From Octopus sinensis (Eukaryota), in assembly GCF_006345805.1 (NCBI RefSeq), contig NC_042999.1, positions 13,578,001 through 13,642,000 of the forward strand: a stretch of DNA of 64,000 bases. The letters are read 5' to 3'. Each line of letters opens with the position of its first letter. Positions within the stretch are counted from its first letter, which is position 1. Below are positions 1 to 11,910 of this stretch, one piece after another. A model generated the notes under the pieces. That model did not search any database. It had not been told where the DNA came from and was given only the letters and a program-made list of their open reading frames with translations. Position numbers and translations under genes: made by a program.

Positions 1-506
1 ATATATATATATATACATAATATATAACACATATATAGATATACATATAATATATATATACATATATATATTACACACATTATATATATATATATACACA
101 CATATATATATATATATATACACACATATATATATATATATAACCATATATATATATATATATACACATATATATATATATATACATATATATACACATA
201 TACACATATATATATATATATACACATATATATACACACAATATATATATATATACACATATATATATATATATATATATACATATATATATACACACAT
301 ATATATATATATACACATATATATATATATACATAATATATACATATATATATATATATACAATATATATATATACATATATATATATAACCATATATAT
401 ATATACATATATATATACATACATATATATATATATACACATATATATATACATACACATATATATATACATACACATATATATATACATACATACATAT
501 ATATAC

Positions 507-537
<31 letters not shown>

Positions 538-590
538 CATATACATATATACATATATATACATACATACATACACACACACACATGTAT
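1..590. repeat. (TA)n/(TACA)n compound microsatellite
   Basis: Directly visible. Confidence 0.95.
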
Positions 591-632
591 ATATAGGAGA
601 AATTACGATAAACACAAATTTATATCATTTGT

Positions 633-684
633 TCCCTACATATGTTTCAACATTGCTTGTTTAGAACCACAATGTATCAGAGGA
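633..684 (-). ncRNA. Degenerate type-I hammerhead-like motif (core broken)
   Basis: TCCT-CTGAT..ACATTGT/GCAATGT..GAAACATATGT-A-GGGA; palindromic stem III but CUGANGA core incomplete. Confidence 0.3.
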
Positions 685-859
685 GCACTTCATGAGAATT
701 TCTCCAAGATTTACTCTGTATATCGTAACCAGCAATACTAAGTAAAGTAGTACTTTAACCACTGAACTAGAACCAGACTGGATGGTAGAACACTAAACGG
801 AATAGAAACAGTTATACATCTAACCATACACATGATATATATATATATATATATATAAT

Positions 860-1274
860 ATTTCTTTACTTCCCAGAAGGGGCTAAACACAGAGGGGGCA
901 AACAAGGACAGACAAACAGATTAAGTCGATTACATCGACCCCAGTACATAACTGGTACTTAATTTATCGACCCGAAAGGATGAAAGGCAAAGTGGACCTC
1001 AGCGGAATTTGAACTCAGAACATAACAGCAGACAAAATAGCTATTTCTTTACTACCCACAAGGGGCAAAATGCAGAGGGGATAAACAAGGACAGACAAAC
1101 GTATTAAGTCGATTATATCGACCCCAGTGCGTAACTGGTACTTAATTTATCGACCCCGAAAGGATGAAAGGCAAAGTGGACCTCGCCGGAATTTGAACTC
1201 AGAACGTAATGGCAGACAAAATACGGCTACGCATTTCTCCCGGCGTGCTAACGTTTCTGCCAGCTCACCGCCTT
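860..1274 (-). mobile_element. SINE-E (GGCGGCGAGCTGGCAGAA head), 1.5 tandem copies
   Basis: Shared body TTTGCCTTTCATCCTTTCGGGGTCGATAAATTAAGTACCAGT, also at 8326, 10103, 12925, 29400, 36893, 49201-51130, 53665. Confidence 0.85.
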
Positions 1275-2479
1275 AATATATATATATATACACACACGCA
1301 CATACCTACACGCTCCCTCACGTGTGTAAGGTGATTAAGGATTATCATAACCCTTCCTCACTCATCTGCCAGGATTAAGAGTGTCTGATATAGAGCTATT
1401 CTATGGCCCCATGTATACTTAGGGTTCACATATTGAACAGTAAAGACATTGCACAGTTTTAAAATTGTGAAATATAACAAAGACTTAGTGAATTATGGTA
1501 TTTTTACAATATTTCACAACAATCAGAAATATGTTCATAGCTAAAAAAAAACCCATTATTATTTAATACAATAATAAAACAAATTATTATCATATATTTA
1601 CACAGCTAAAAAAAATATTATATAATATGATGTATTTTTAGCTATAAATAAATTCTATAAATTCTAATTTTCTATTTAGAAAATATAAATACTTGTGTGC
1701 CAGTTTTCGGGTGTACTGTACTGATGGTACATAATTCACGTAAATGTAAATTTTTTTCAATTTTTACTTCGTTATTTAAAAACATGGTATGCTCTCAGGT
1801 TAGACAAAGTGTTTGCTTTACACTGAATTTTTCGAATTTAATTTGGCATTGGGTTGTCAGTTAAATTCATTTGTTTCTTTTCCTTTTCGATTTATTTAAA
1901 TTCTTTCCGATGTTATTTGAATTAACATGAAAAATATTTTTATCAGTATTATAGGGAGTTTTTTTGTAGCACTGTTCTCTTTCCATAAATTTTGTTTGCT
2001 CTTTCAGAAATTGTCATAAATCTTCACCTCATATTCCAACATGACAATGGAGTGCCAAATATATATATATATATATATATTTGTAAAGACAAGCAAAAAA
2101 AGTCAACCCAATACAATGCTAAGTGCATTTCCGTACCCACAGTGTCATAGCGACACCAACGAGTTGTTGGTCAGTGGCGCATACCTCGGTATGTATTAGT
2201 AGAGATCGTTAGTTGCACTAGTGTCTGGTTCAGTAGTTTGGCTTCACTGGTATCATAAAATAAAAATGCACAGATGGACACACAGACAACATCCTATATC
2301 TGACACTAGTTAGAGTACATAGATTACATACAACATGTAGCTTCAGTGCAACTTGCTTGTGCAATACTTTCAGTAAGATATGAACTCACAGCCCATGACT
2401 CAAGAGACTGATCTCTCATCCACTCAGCCACGCTTCTTTCTTGAATTGTAATTCACATTTTCAACATAAATTAGTGTGC

Positions 2480-2485
2480 TTTATT
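2480..2485 (-). terminator. Candidate polyadenylation signal (AATAAA) of the PDE gene
   Basis: tttatt on + strand about 200 nt past the stop; the hexamer is common in AT-rich DNA. Confidence 0.3.
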
Positions 2486-2682
2486 GTTGTTGTTTTTTTG
2501 TATTTTTGTATTTTCCCTTTTTACCAGACACCAAATAAATATGTTGCATTTGCTTGGTGAATGTCAATAAGACACTGTTTAAAAATGCTTTCAAAACAAG
2601 ATGTTGTGGTTTCCTATGTTTTTTTCTTTTTTTACATAAAACAACAGGATTTCAGAATTGTATTAGAGAAAATGTAAGCCAT

Positions 2683-2793
2683 TTAATCGTCCTTCGTAAT
2701 CTTCCTTTCATCTGACAGTCGTTGCCATTGTCGACGATTTTCTTCACAGCCATCTTGAAGAGGTTTTAGTTTTGGGGATATTTTACTTATTGC
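2683..2793 (-). CDS. PDE terminal coding exon: AISKISPKLKPLQDGCEENRRQWQRLSDERKITKDD*
   Basis: Acceptor tttttttcag; PLxDGCxxNRxxW end of catalytic domain; TAA at 2683-2685. Confidence 0.94.
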   Translation of the reverse strand, partial: AISKISPKLKPLQDGCEENRRQWQRLSDERKITKDD

Positions 2794-3396
2794 CTGAAAA
2801 AAAAAGAAATATGAATAAATAAATATATTTAGCACTGGGGACAGTTTACAAATAATAGTAAGAGCAGGTGGCATATAATAAATACCCTGTAGACAATATA
2901 GTTAGTATGAGGAAGGGCATCCAGCCATAGAAACCCTGTTAAAGTAGGCCCCTCTCTCCTGACTCAACAAGTAAAAACCAATCATGTCGTCACTGTGCCA
3001 CTAAATGGCACTCCACCGGTTACAACAACGAGGATTCAAGTTAATTCAATCAACGAAACAGCTTGCACATGAAATTAATATGCAACTGGCTGCGTACTCC
3101 AGACACACATACTCTTCACATTGTTCTCAGAGAGATTCATCATGACAGAGTATGATAAGGCTGGCCTTATGAATTACAGGTACAATTCATTTTTGCTAGG
3201 TGAGTGGACTGGAGCAATGTGAAATGAAGTGTCTTATTCAAGGCCACCAGGAATAGAACTCACAAATACCAGGAATAGAGCCCATCATCTTATGGTTGTG
3301 AACTAAATATCCTAACCACTAGGCCATTCGCATTCGCTGTGCCACTCTTATTAAATCATGTCAAACTATTCACACAAGCAATATATGAGTCTTTTG

Positions 3397-3862
3397 TTAA
3401 CCCTTTTGATACTAACCCAGCTCAAACTGCCTCTGGCTCTGTAGGTCAAATTTCTTGTTTTCATAAGTTTTGAATTAAAACCTTCCACTAAACTTTAGTC
3501 ACAATTTATGTTCCTAACACTAGCTTAATGATAAGGAAGCTGTTTTACTAAATTCTTTGTTATATTTAAAATTAATTGAAAGAAACACAGAGCATCTCAA
3601 CAGAAATATGGTAACAAAAGGTTAAAGCCACCATGATATTTTTAAGCCTTTTGATACCAACCCGGCTGAAATTGGCTCTGACTCTGTAGAACAAATGTCT
3701 TACTTTCATAAGTTTTGAATTAAAATCTTCCACCAAACCTTAGTCACAATTTATGTTCCTAACACTAGCTGAATGACAATTTACCAAATTCTTTGTTATA
3801 TTTAAAATTAATTGAAAGAAACACAGAGCTTCTCAAAATAAATACGGTAACAAAAGGGTTAA
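3397..3862 (+). mobile_element. Two adjacent ~225-bp TTAA-ended MITEs (piggyBac-like), 3397-3625 and 3642-3862
   Basis: Ends TTAACCCTTTTG...CAAAAG(G)GTTAA; same family clustered at 27924-28633. Confidence 0.8.
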
Positions 3863-4305
3863 AGCTATTTCACAACAGTTAAAACTGATCCCATTAGTGA
3901 TATATCATCATCAACATCTGTATTCTATGCAGGCATGCGATGGACAGTTTGACAGGAGCCAGCCAGGTAGAAAACTACTCCAGGTTGCTGTGTCTGTTTT
4001 GGCAGGGTTTTTACAGCTTGATGCCCTTCTTAACACCAACAACCCAGCAGAGTGGACTGAGTGCTTTTTATGTGGCAACAGCACAAGTGAGGTCAGTTTT
4101 AGCAAGGTTTTTTACAGCTGGATGACCTTCCAAACACCAACCACTTCACAGTGTGGGGTGGATGCTTTTCATGTGGCACCAGCACTGGCTGGGTCACCAA
4201 GTAACTTGCAAGACTAGGAATTTTGAAAGAAGGGAGGGCACTGGAGGAGGAGGTGTTGTGTTAGATAATGAAAGGTTAGAGTGAAACAGAGAGACAGAAA
4301 CTTAC

Positions 4306-4389
4306 ACGATATACTGGGAGACACACGGCATCAATAAAGCTCACTTGCATAGAAGGAAGTTCATCTTGCTTATCTCGGTCCATCATGCT
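4306..4389 (-). CDS. PDE exon: [28 protein letters not shown] (phase 0-0)
   Basis: Acceptor tttttttcag, donor gtaagt; invariant substrate-binding Gln and clamp Phe (MQVSF). Confidence 0.97.
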
Positions 4390-4429
4390 CTGAAAAAAAA
4401 ACAAAACAAAAAAAAAACATGAAATATAT

Positions 4430-4735
4430 TTCTCTCTTATTTGCTTTATTTACATTCAACGGATATTTGTCCTGATCTTGTTTGTTGTTAACACAACATT
4501 TCAGCTGATATACCCTCCAGCCTTCATCAGGTGCCTTGGAGAAATTTCGAACCTGGGTTCTCATTCATAAGGTATTTTTTGATGTTATTACTCCCCCAAA
4601 ATTTCAGGCCTTGTGCCTTTAGTGAAAAAGATTATTATTATCATTATTATTATTCAGGTCACTGCCTGGTATCGATCTTGGAATATTGGGGTTAGTAGCC
4701 TGCACTCTTAACCACTATGCCATATGCCTACAGGC
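4430..4735 (-). mobile_element. SINE-H: tRNA-like head + (AAT)n + hammerhead-containing 3' body
   Basis: Head GGCATATGGCATAGTGGTTAAGAG; CTGATGAAGGCTG...CAGCTGAAATGTTGTGTT at 4490-4535; homologous to 11290, 52555, 53086, 58630. Confidence 0.8.
4490..4535 (-). ncRNA. Minimal type-I hammerhead ribozyme motif (CpG-decayed)
   Basis: Stem I GGCAC/GTGTT, core CTGATGA, stem II GGCTG/CAGCT, GAAA, stem III ATGT (ancestral ACGT), site GUU. Confidence 0.6.
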
Positions 4736-4830
4736 ATATGGTGTAGTGGTTAAGCTGGAGGGTACATCAGCCGATGTGTTAACAACAAACAAATGTAAAT
4801 AATGTACATAATTCCTTGTCTATTAAATAT

Positions 4831-5140
4831 CACCGTGATCACCGTGACCGACCAGGCCATCAGATGTTGTTACACATCGCTGGTTACAATGCGCTTTGCT
4901 TGTTTTAGCCTTCAAATGACGCCACCCCGCTGGCTAAGCGAGTAGGCCAACAGAAGAAAGAGTGAGAGAAAGTTGTGGCGAAAGAATACAGCAAGGTTCG
5001 CCACCACCCCCTGCCGGAGCCTCGTGAAGCTTTAGGTGTTTTCGCTCAATAAACACTCACAACGCCTGGTTTGGGAATCGAAACCGCGATCCTACGACCG
5101 CAAGTCCGCTGCCCTAACCACTAGGCCATTGCGCCTCCAC
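4831..5140 (-). mobile_element. SINE-C (GTGGAGGCGCAATGG head) with 11-bp TSD
   Basis: A/B boxes; CTATTAAATAT duplicated at 4820-4830 and 5141-5151. Confidence 0.9.
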
Positions 5141-5409
5141 CTATTAAATATAGAACTGTAATATCTCTCTCTTAACATGTGAAGCAAAAATTAGTGGAAA
5201 GCTAATGATTCACAGGCATAATTAACTGCATCCAAGGAGGAGGAGGAGGAGAAGCCAATCAAGGTCTTATTTGAATTATCTGCTTTCTGAGATTCGCCAA
5301 CACTACACCTGATTTTCTCCCCTCCATACACACACAAGCATGTATCTGACTCATACACTGTTCATTTGGTGCCCTGGGACAGGTAATGATGTATAAAGGA
5401 GCTAAATAA

Positions 5410-5783
5410 CTCTGAGCACCTTTTCAAACTCCACCCGTCTAACACCTGTGGATATGTTTACAAAGTCAGAAAACAGCACAGCTCCTATGACTTTCGGAAA
5501 CATTTTTTTCACGCTAAGAGTTGCTGAAGCATGGAACAAACTGCCGGCATCAGTTGTTAGTTGTCAGAGCACTGCATCCTTCAAAAACTTCCATGCTTCC
5601 TGAGATTCGCCAACACTACACCTGATTTTCTCCCCTCCATACACACATCAAGCATGTATCTGACTCATACACTGTTCACTCCCCAGACATTTGTACAATA
5701 CTGCATATGCTTTATACGCACTTTCTGACAAGTTGTGGTGCACCTGAGCACTGTATACAATAATTTCATTATTATTATTATTT
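5410..5783 (+). mobile_element. CR1/L2-type LINE 3' fragment
   Basis: Translates (one frameshift) to ...RKHFFTLRVAEAWNKLPASVV...FK, resembling the FFSxRVVxxWNxLP C-terminus; ends in (ATT)n. Confidence 0.75.
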
Positions 5784-6085
5784 TATATCTAAAAAGACTT
5801 AATACTAATCATATGCTAATTACGATAAATAGGTCAAACTTAAAAGTACTGACAAAACAAAGAAAAACAAGAAGAAGAACAACAACAACACCACCAGCTT
5901 CATTATCACCCTCAGTACCATCATCTTCATTTGTTGAGCAAGTTGTGACCTTAGATTATGACCTTTTGAGTTTCTGAGCCTTTTTATAGTGGTTCCTAAT
6001 TATCCCACCTGGAAGAGGTTACCTCATCATAATGCATTCTACTGAAGTCTCAAGGCCTTGAAATTTTGCAGGAGTGGTGGTGGTG

Positions 6086-6280
6086 GTTGTAGTGGGAGGA
6101 GGAGGAGGAGAAGAAGAAGAAGAAGAAGAAGAAGAACAGGAAGGAGGAGAAGAAGAAGAAAAGGAAGGAGAAGAAGAAGAAAAGGAAGGAGAAGAAGAAG
6201 AGGAGGAAGGAGAAGAAGAAGAAGAAGAAGAAGAAGATGAAGATGAAGAAGGTGAAGAAGAAGAAGATGAAGAAGAAGAA
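6086..6280 (+). repeat. (GAA/GGA)n polypurine tract
   Basis: Directly visible; ends 20 nt from the donor of exon 6300-6374. Confidence 0.95.
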
Positions 6281-6299
6281 ATGATAGATTCAAACTTAC

Positions 6300-6374
6300 T
6301 ATTGGTGTTATATTCCATTGCTGCCTTTCTATATCACCTTGCTCAAAGAATTCACTGGCAACAAGTTTAGCAAT
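6300..6374 (-). CDS. PDE exon: IAKLVASEFFEQGDIERQQWNITPI (phase 0-0)
   Basis: Acceptor ttttgtttttag, donor gtaagt; EFFxQGD motif. Confidence 0.97.
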
Positions 6375-6540
6375 CTAAAAACAAAATAATAATAATAATA
6401 ACAACAACAACGATAATAATAATTATTGAGACTATCTTTTGTCTTTCTTTTATCTTTTACTTGTTTCTGAATTAGAATATGGCCATGCTGGGGCACCACC
6501 ATGAGGAAGAAATTTTAGGCAAAAAAAACAAAAAAAAACC

Positions 6541-6814
6541 TCTCTTTTACTTGTTTCAGTCATTTGACTGTGGGCCATGCTGGAGTACCGCCTTTAGTCG
6601 AGCAAATCAACCCAAAGACTTATTCTTTGGAAGCCTAGTACTTATTCTATCAGTCTCTTTTACCAATCTGCTAAGTTACGGGGACATAAACACACCAGCA
6701 TCGGTTGCCAAGTGATGTTGGGGGGACAAACACAGACTATACACACATATACATATATCATCATCATCATCATCATCATTTAGCGTCCGCTTTCCATGCT
6801 AGCATGGGTTTTAT

Positions 6815-6864
<50 letters not shown>

Positions 6865-7023
6865 TATATACGACAGTTTTCTTTCAGTTTCTGTCTACCA
6901 AATCCACCCACAAGGCTTTGGTCGGCCTGAGGCTATAGTAGAAGACATTTGCCAAAGGTGCCATGCAGTGGGACTGAACCCGGAACCATGTGGTTGGTAA
7001 GCAAGCTACTTACCACACAGCCA
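6541..7023 (-). mobile_element. SINE-A (AGGCGCAGGAGTGGCTGTGTGG head, internal (TA)n, tail GTAAAAGAG)
   Basis: B-box-like GGTTCAGTCCC; about 18 homologous copies or fragments in the window. Confidence 0.9.
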
Positions 7024-7290
7024 GTACCTTCTTTGAAACCTGGTATTTCTTCTCTTTTGCTAAACTAATAAGCTACAGGGATGTAAACACATGAACACTG
7101 GCTATCAAGTAGTCGAGGTGGGCAAACACAAAACACACACACATACACGTGTATATGTGATGGGCTTCTTTAAGTTTCCATCCATCAAATTTACTTGTAA
7201 GGTTTTTAGTAGGACCAAAGCTATAGGAGAAGACACTTGCCCAAGGTGGCATGCTGTGGGACTGAAACTGGAACCACTGAGCAGCAAGAA

Positions 7291-7418
7291 AAAGAAGAAT
7301 TAAGGAAGAGAGGGTGGGAGAAAGGAAAGGAAAGAAAAAGAATTAAGAAAAAGAGAGAAAGAAATAAAAACGAGGAGTGTGAGAATGTGAAGAGAAAGAA
7401 AAAGAAAAATTAAGGAAA

Positions 7419-7450
<32 letters not shown>

Positions 7451-7680
7451 AGAGAAAGGAAAGACAGAAAAAGAATTAAGAAAAAGAGGAAGAAAGAAAA
7501 CAGAGGGGAGAGAGAGAGAGAGAAGAGAAAGAAAAAGAATTAAGGAAAAGAGAGAGAGAGAGGAGAGAGAGAATGTGAAGAGAGAAAGGAAAGAAAGAAA
7601 AAAAAAGAGAGAAAGAAAGGCAAACAAAGGAGACAGAGAGAATGTGAAGAGAAAGAAAAAGAAAAGAAAAAAGAAAGAAA
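7291..7680 (+). repeat. GA-rich compound polypurine minisatellite
   Basis: Recurring AAGAGAAAGAAAAAGAATTAAGGAAAAGAGAG units. Confidence 0.9.
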
Positions 7681-8325
7681 GACTTGATAATATAGAACGT
7701 AGATATATACAACCCCTAAAAAAAAAATAATAATGGATATGCGGTATGGCCACGGTAGGAACATTGACGATCTTAAAGTTATTCTCTCAGAGCAGAGCTT
7801 TCGCTAAAACAAACATATTTTAACGCAAACATAACTGCTTTAAAATGTAAATATTTAAAGTATTTTACATAAAACGTTTGCTTCTTCGTATTCTTCTTCC
7901 CTTTTTTTTCTTTTTTTTTAATATTTCTAAGTACCATATCGCTGGCTTATCATGTAGGGCCCATCTGGGTTAATATAAAAAGGCATCATAATAGAAATAG
8001 GGTTGTTCAGACAACTTGATTTAGCAGGAAAAATTAGATTCAGAAATCATAGTTAAAGAAGGCAGAGTTCGCTCCCTTGGTCAGGTGAAATTTCAAGTGG
8101 CAATTTATATATTTATTTATGATGTTGCTACCGTTCTTTGAATGGCTCCAGTCGGCCTCGTTTGTGGAAGAAGGTATTAGCAAAGACTTGAGAGGGTCTC
8201 ACAGCACCAGCATATCGTTCTTGTTGTTGTTATTATAACGTCAACCCTGGTTAGTACTTAAATGGGGTGTGACCACTTGGGAAACCAAGGTAGGCGTAGC
8301 TAATCAAAACCTTTCGCTGGCAGAA

Positions 8326-9046
8326 TCGTTAGCACGCCGGGCGAAATACTGAGCGGTATTTCGTCTGCCGTTACGTTCTGAGTTCAATTTCCTCCGAGGT
8401 CGACTTTGCATGTCATCCTTTCGGGGTCGATAAATTAAGTACCAGCTATGCACTTGGGTCGATATAATCGACTTAATCCATTTGTCTGTCCTTGTTTGTC
8501 CCCTCTGTGTTTAGCCCCTTGTGGGTAGTAAAGAAATAAAAATAGGTATTTCGTCTGCCGTTACGCTCTGAGTTCAAACTTTGCCGAGGTCGACTTTGCT
8601 TTTCATCCTTTCGGGGTCGATAAATTAAGTACCAGTTACGCACTGGGGTCTTACTTGTTTCAGTCATTTGACTGTGGCCATGCTGGAGCACCGCCTTTAG
8701 TCGAGTAAATCGACCCCAGGACTTATTCTTTGTAAGCCTAGTATTTATTCTATCGGTCTCTTTTGCCGAACCGTTAAGTTACGGGGACATAAACACACCA
8801 GCATCGGCTGTCAAGTGATGTTGGGGAGACACAGACACATAAATATGTATACAACATATATATTTATATATATATATATATATGTACATATATACGACGG
8901 GCTTCTTTCAGTTTCCGTCTACCAAATCCACTCACAACGCTTTGGTCGGCCTGAGGTTATAGTAGAAGACACTTGCCCAAGGTGCCACGCAGTGGGATTG
9001 AACCCGGAACTATGTGGTTGGTAAGCAAGCTACTTACCACACAGCC
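8326..9046. mobile_element. SINE-E tandem (plus, 8326-8650) abutting SINE-A (minus, 8651-9046)
   Basis: Family motifs as above. Confidence 0.85.
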
Positions 9047-9724
9047 AGGGAAATTCAGTGTGATACAGAATGTGACAAGGCTGGCCCTTTTCTGGATTAC
9101 AGGTACAGCTCCTTTTTTGGTAGCTGATGGACTGGAGCAATATGAAAATAAAGTGTCTTGCTCAAGGACACAACACACCACCAGGAATCGAACCCACGAC
9201 CTCCTGATCATGAAGCAAATACTCTAACAACTACGCCATGTGCCTTGGATAAATTAATGATGAGAAATATAAACACAATTTCAGACAAATATTTCGGTTG
9301 AGTTGCTCCAAATAACGATTAAGAAATTCTTCGCAAAAATATTTAACGAACCAATCATCCATATTATTTAAATTAAGCTGGAAAATTGCCCATCACAATT
9401 AAAAACATATATGTTTTCTTTCTAATTTTACACTCATTTCTCAAAGCCAACCAGACACCCTCTCCGTGGTTTCTTAGCCAGCTGGAAATAACAGCCAAAT
9501 TGTCATCAAATTATACCTTATTATCTTGGAAACAATGGACGCATTAAATAATGTGGTTTTATCTATTTGGAAAGATGGGATGGTCACAGCTGGAACATAC
9601 AATGTTGATACATTGTACAACATATCTTTTATTTCAGATGATAGGATATGTTTGATTTTCAGGTGACTAGGCTGCTATTTCATGCAGGTGTCAAGAGAAC
9701 TTATATATATATATATATAATATA

Positions 9725-10335
9725 TATATATATACTTTTATTCTTTTCCTTGTTTCAGTCATTTGACTGCAGCCATGCTGGAGCACCACCTTAAAAGGTT
9801 TTAGTCAAACAAATTGACCCCAGAATTTGTAAGCCAAGTATTTATTCTATTGATCTTTTCTGCCGTACCACTAAGTTTCAGGGATATAAACACACCAGCA
9901 TCACTTGTCGAGCAATGGCGAGGAGACAAACATACATACACACATATATGTGATGGGCTCCTTTCAGTTTCTGTCTACCAAATCCACTCACAAGGCTTTG
10001 GTCGACCCAAGGCTATAGTAGAAGACTCTTGCCAAGGGCTATAGTAGAAGACACTTGCATTACTGAACCCGGAACCAGGTAGTTGGGAGGCAAGATTCTT
10101 ATTTCTTTATTGCCCACAAGGGGCCAAACACAGAAGGGACAAACAAGGACAGACAAAGGGATCGACCCCAGTGCATAACTGGTACTCAATTCATCGACCC
10201 CCAAAAGGATGAAAGGCAAAGTTACCTCAGCGGAATTTGAACTCAGAACGTAGCGACAGATGAAATTACCTCTAAGCATTTCGCCCGGCGTGCTAACATT
10301 TCTGCCACCTTGGGAGGCAACAGTCTTACCACACA
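9725..10335 (-). mobile_element. SINE-A with SINE-E (10103-10313) nested in its head region
   Basis: GGGAGGCAA repeated on both sides of the SINE-E copy. Confidence 0.75.
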
Positions 10336-10452
10336 GCCACACCTCCAAATATGATGTCATAATTCCCATGGACAGCTTACCAATTTGTCTTTTATTTTAC
10401 TTATTCTCTACCATTTCATAACAGAACTGATTTTACGAACCTTCACTTGTTA

Positions 10453-10876
10453 CCGTAAATCCTCAAGTATAGTCCGCCCTTGAGTATAATACGCAGGGGA
10501 TTTTTAGGGGGTTGTACCTCTGAAAAACCTAAAATTGTGTATAATACGCAGCCCTTCTCTAACTTGAGTCGTGCATAATTAAGCCAGCAGCACCTAGTTG
10601 AACAAACACTTCCGCGCATGCGTAATACAATAATGGTGATGTTCTTAACTGTTATATGGGAATGTAAATATGTTTGCAAATTGTTTTTGTTACATGTTAT
10701 TCTGTGTTCTGAATACACAGAATAAACGTCTGAATAAACATTGCCGGGCAGCAAATAGAGACTCTGACATTGCTTAGAAAATATTTTTCATTTTTAACCT
10801 CGTATACAGTATGCACTAGGGATTTTGACCATTAAATTTTGGGGAAAAAATGCGGATTATACTCGAAGATTTACGG
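10453..10876. mobile_element. Tc1/pogo-type MITE, 424 bp, TA target duplication
   Basis: TIRs CCGTAAATCCTCAAGTATAGTCCGC / GCGGATTATACTCGAAGATTTACGG, each flanked by TA. Confidence 0.85.
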
Positions 10877-11162
10877 TAAGTTTAGGAATGATTAACACCA
10901 GGGGTGGGGAAACGTTTTAGTGTGGTGGGTAAAAATTTACAAAGAAAAAGTCCATGGGTGGATCACAAGTTCTAACTCTTATATCTTCGTAGATCTTGTA
11001 TATATCTATGTATAATTTGAGATACATTAATAAATATAAGTCTAAGACAGTGCAGAATCAGCAACACCAAAACAATTCAAACTCTTCTACACTGTTTTTC
11101 AAAAAAAACAGATTACTGATCTTTGCGATTGCATTATTAATCTGTTGAAAGGAAAAATTCAC

Positions 11163-11226
11163 CTCTTGTTGTATTTCCCACGGTTTTGTTATTGCTGAGA
11201 CATCACAGGCAGTCATCATCATAGCT
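11163..11226 (-). CDS. PDE exon: (Q)AMMMTACDVSAITKPWEIQQE (phase 2-0)
   Basis: Acceptor ttcttttccag, donor gtgaat; TACDxxxxxKPW motif. Confidence 0.97.
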
Positions 11227-11289
11227 CTGGAAAAGAAAAATAAGAAAAATTAATAATAATAATAATGATAATATTATTTACATTATTCA

Positions 11290-11450
11290 CATTGGATGGA
11301 TATGTGTCCTTATCTTGTTTGTTGTAACCCACAACATTTCAGCTGATTTACTTTCCAGCCTTTATCAGGTGTCCCGGTAGAATTTTGAACCCAGCCCTGG
11401 GTTCTCATTCCTAAGGTATTTTTTTGCTGATACTATTATTATTATTATTA
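11290..11450 (-). mobile_element. Decayed SINE-H body with hammerhead remnant (11328-11373; CTGATAA core)
   Basis: Aligns by eye to 4465-4580 and 53100-53230. Confidence 0.7.
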
Positions 11451-11596
11451 TTATTTATTCAAGATGAAAGGCAAAGTTGACATCGGTGGAATTTGAACTC
11501 AGAATGTAGTGACAGGTGAAATACCGCTTTTGTCCAGCATACTAATGATTCTTCCAGTTTGCCACCTAGTATTATTATTATCATTATTAAGGGGGT

Positions 11597-11910
11597 AAAG
11601 ATCCCCTTCGGTCATGAGTGACCATGGGTTTGCACCTAGAGAGTTACCCTCTGAGGCACAAGTCTGGGTAAGGTTGTTTATGGAAGGCCAGCAGTCGCCC
11701 ATGCATACCAGCCTCCCCTCTCCACGCCACCGATGTTGTCCAAGGGAAAGGCAAGGGCCGATACAGCTTGGCACCTGTGACGTCGCAACTCATTTCTACA
11801 GCTGAGTGAACTGGAGCAACGTGAAATAAAGTGTCTTGCTCAAGAACACAACACGCAGCCCGGTCCGGGATTCGAGCTCACAACCTCACGATCGTAAGCT
11901 CAACGCTCAA
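11597..11910 (-). mobile_element. Further tRNA-headed SINE family (GTTGTGTTCTTGAGCAAGACAC core)
   Basis: Related fragments at 3060-3330, 9060-9240, 15295-15550, 19320-19400. Confidence 0.65.

Noticed and set aside
80-586. YI/CV/HT-repeat ORFs here and at 17705-18494, 19969-21077, 43354-43836, 51865-52319, 56614-57340
   Set aside because: Translations of microsatellites.
3897-4217. Many short ORFs containing [22 protein letters not shown] or FQFPSTKSTH throughout the track
   Set aside because: Recurrent translations of family-D and SINE-A repeats, not genes.
6019-6370. Poly-Glu, poly-Ser and poly-Arg ORFs
   Set aside because: They come from the (GAA)n tract; the real coding sequence is the 75-nt minus-strand exon 6300-6374.
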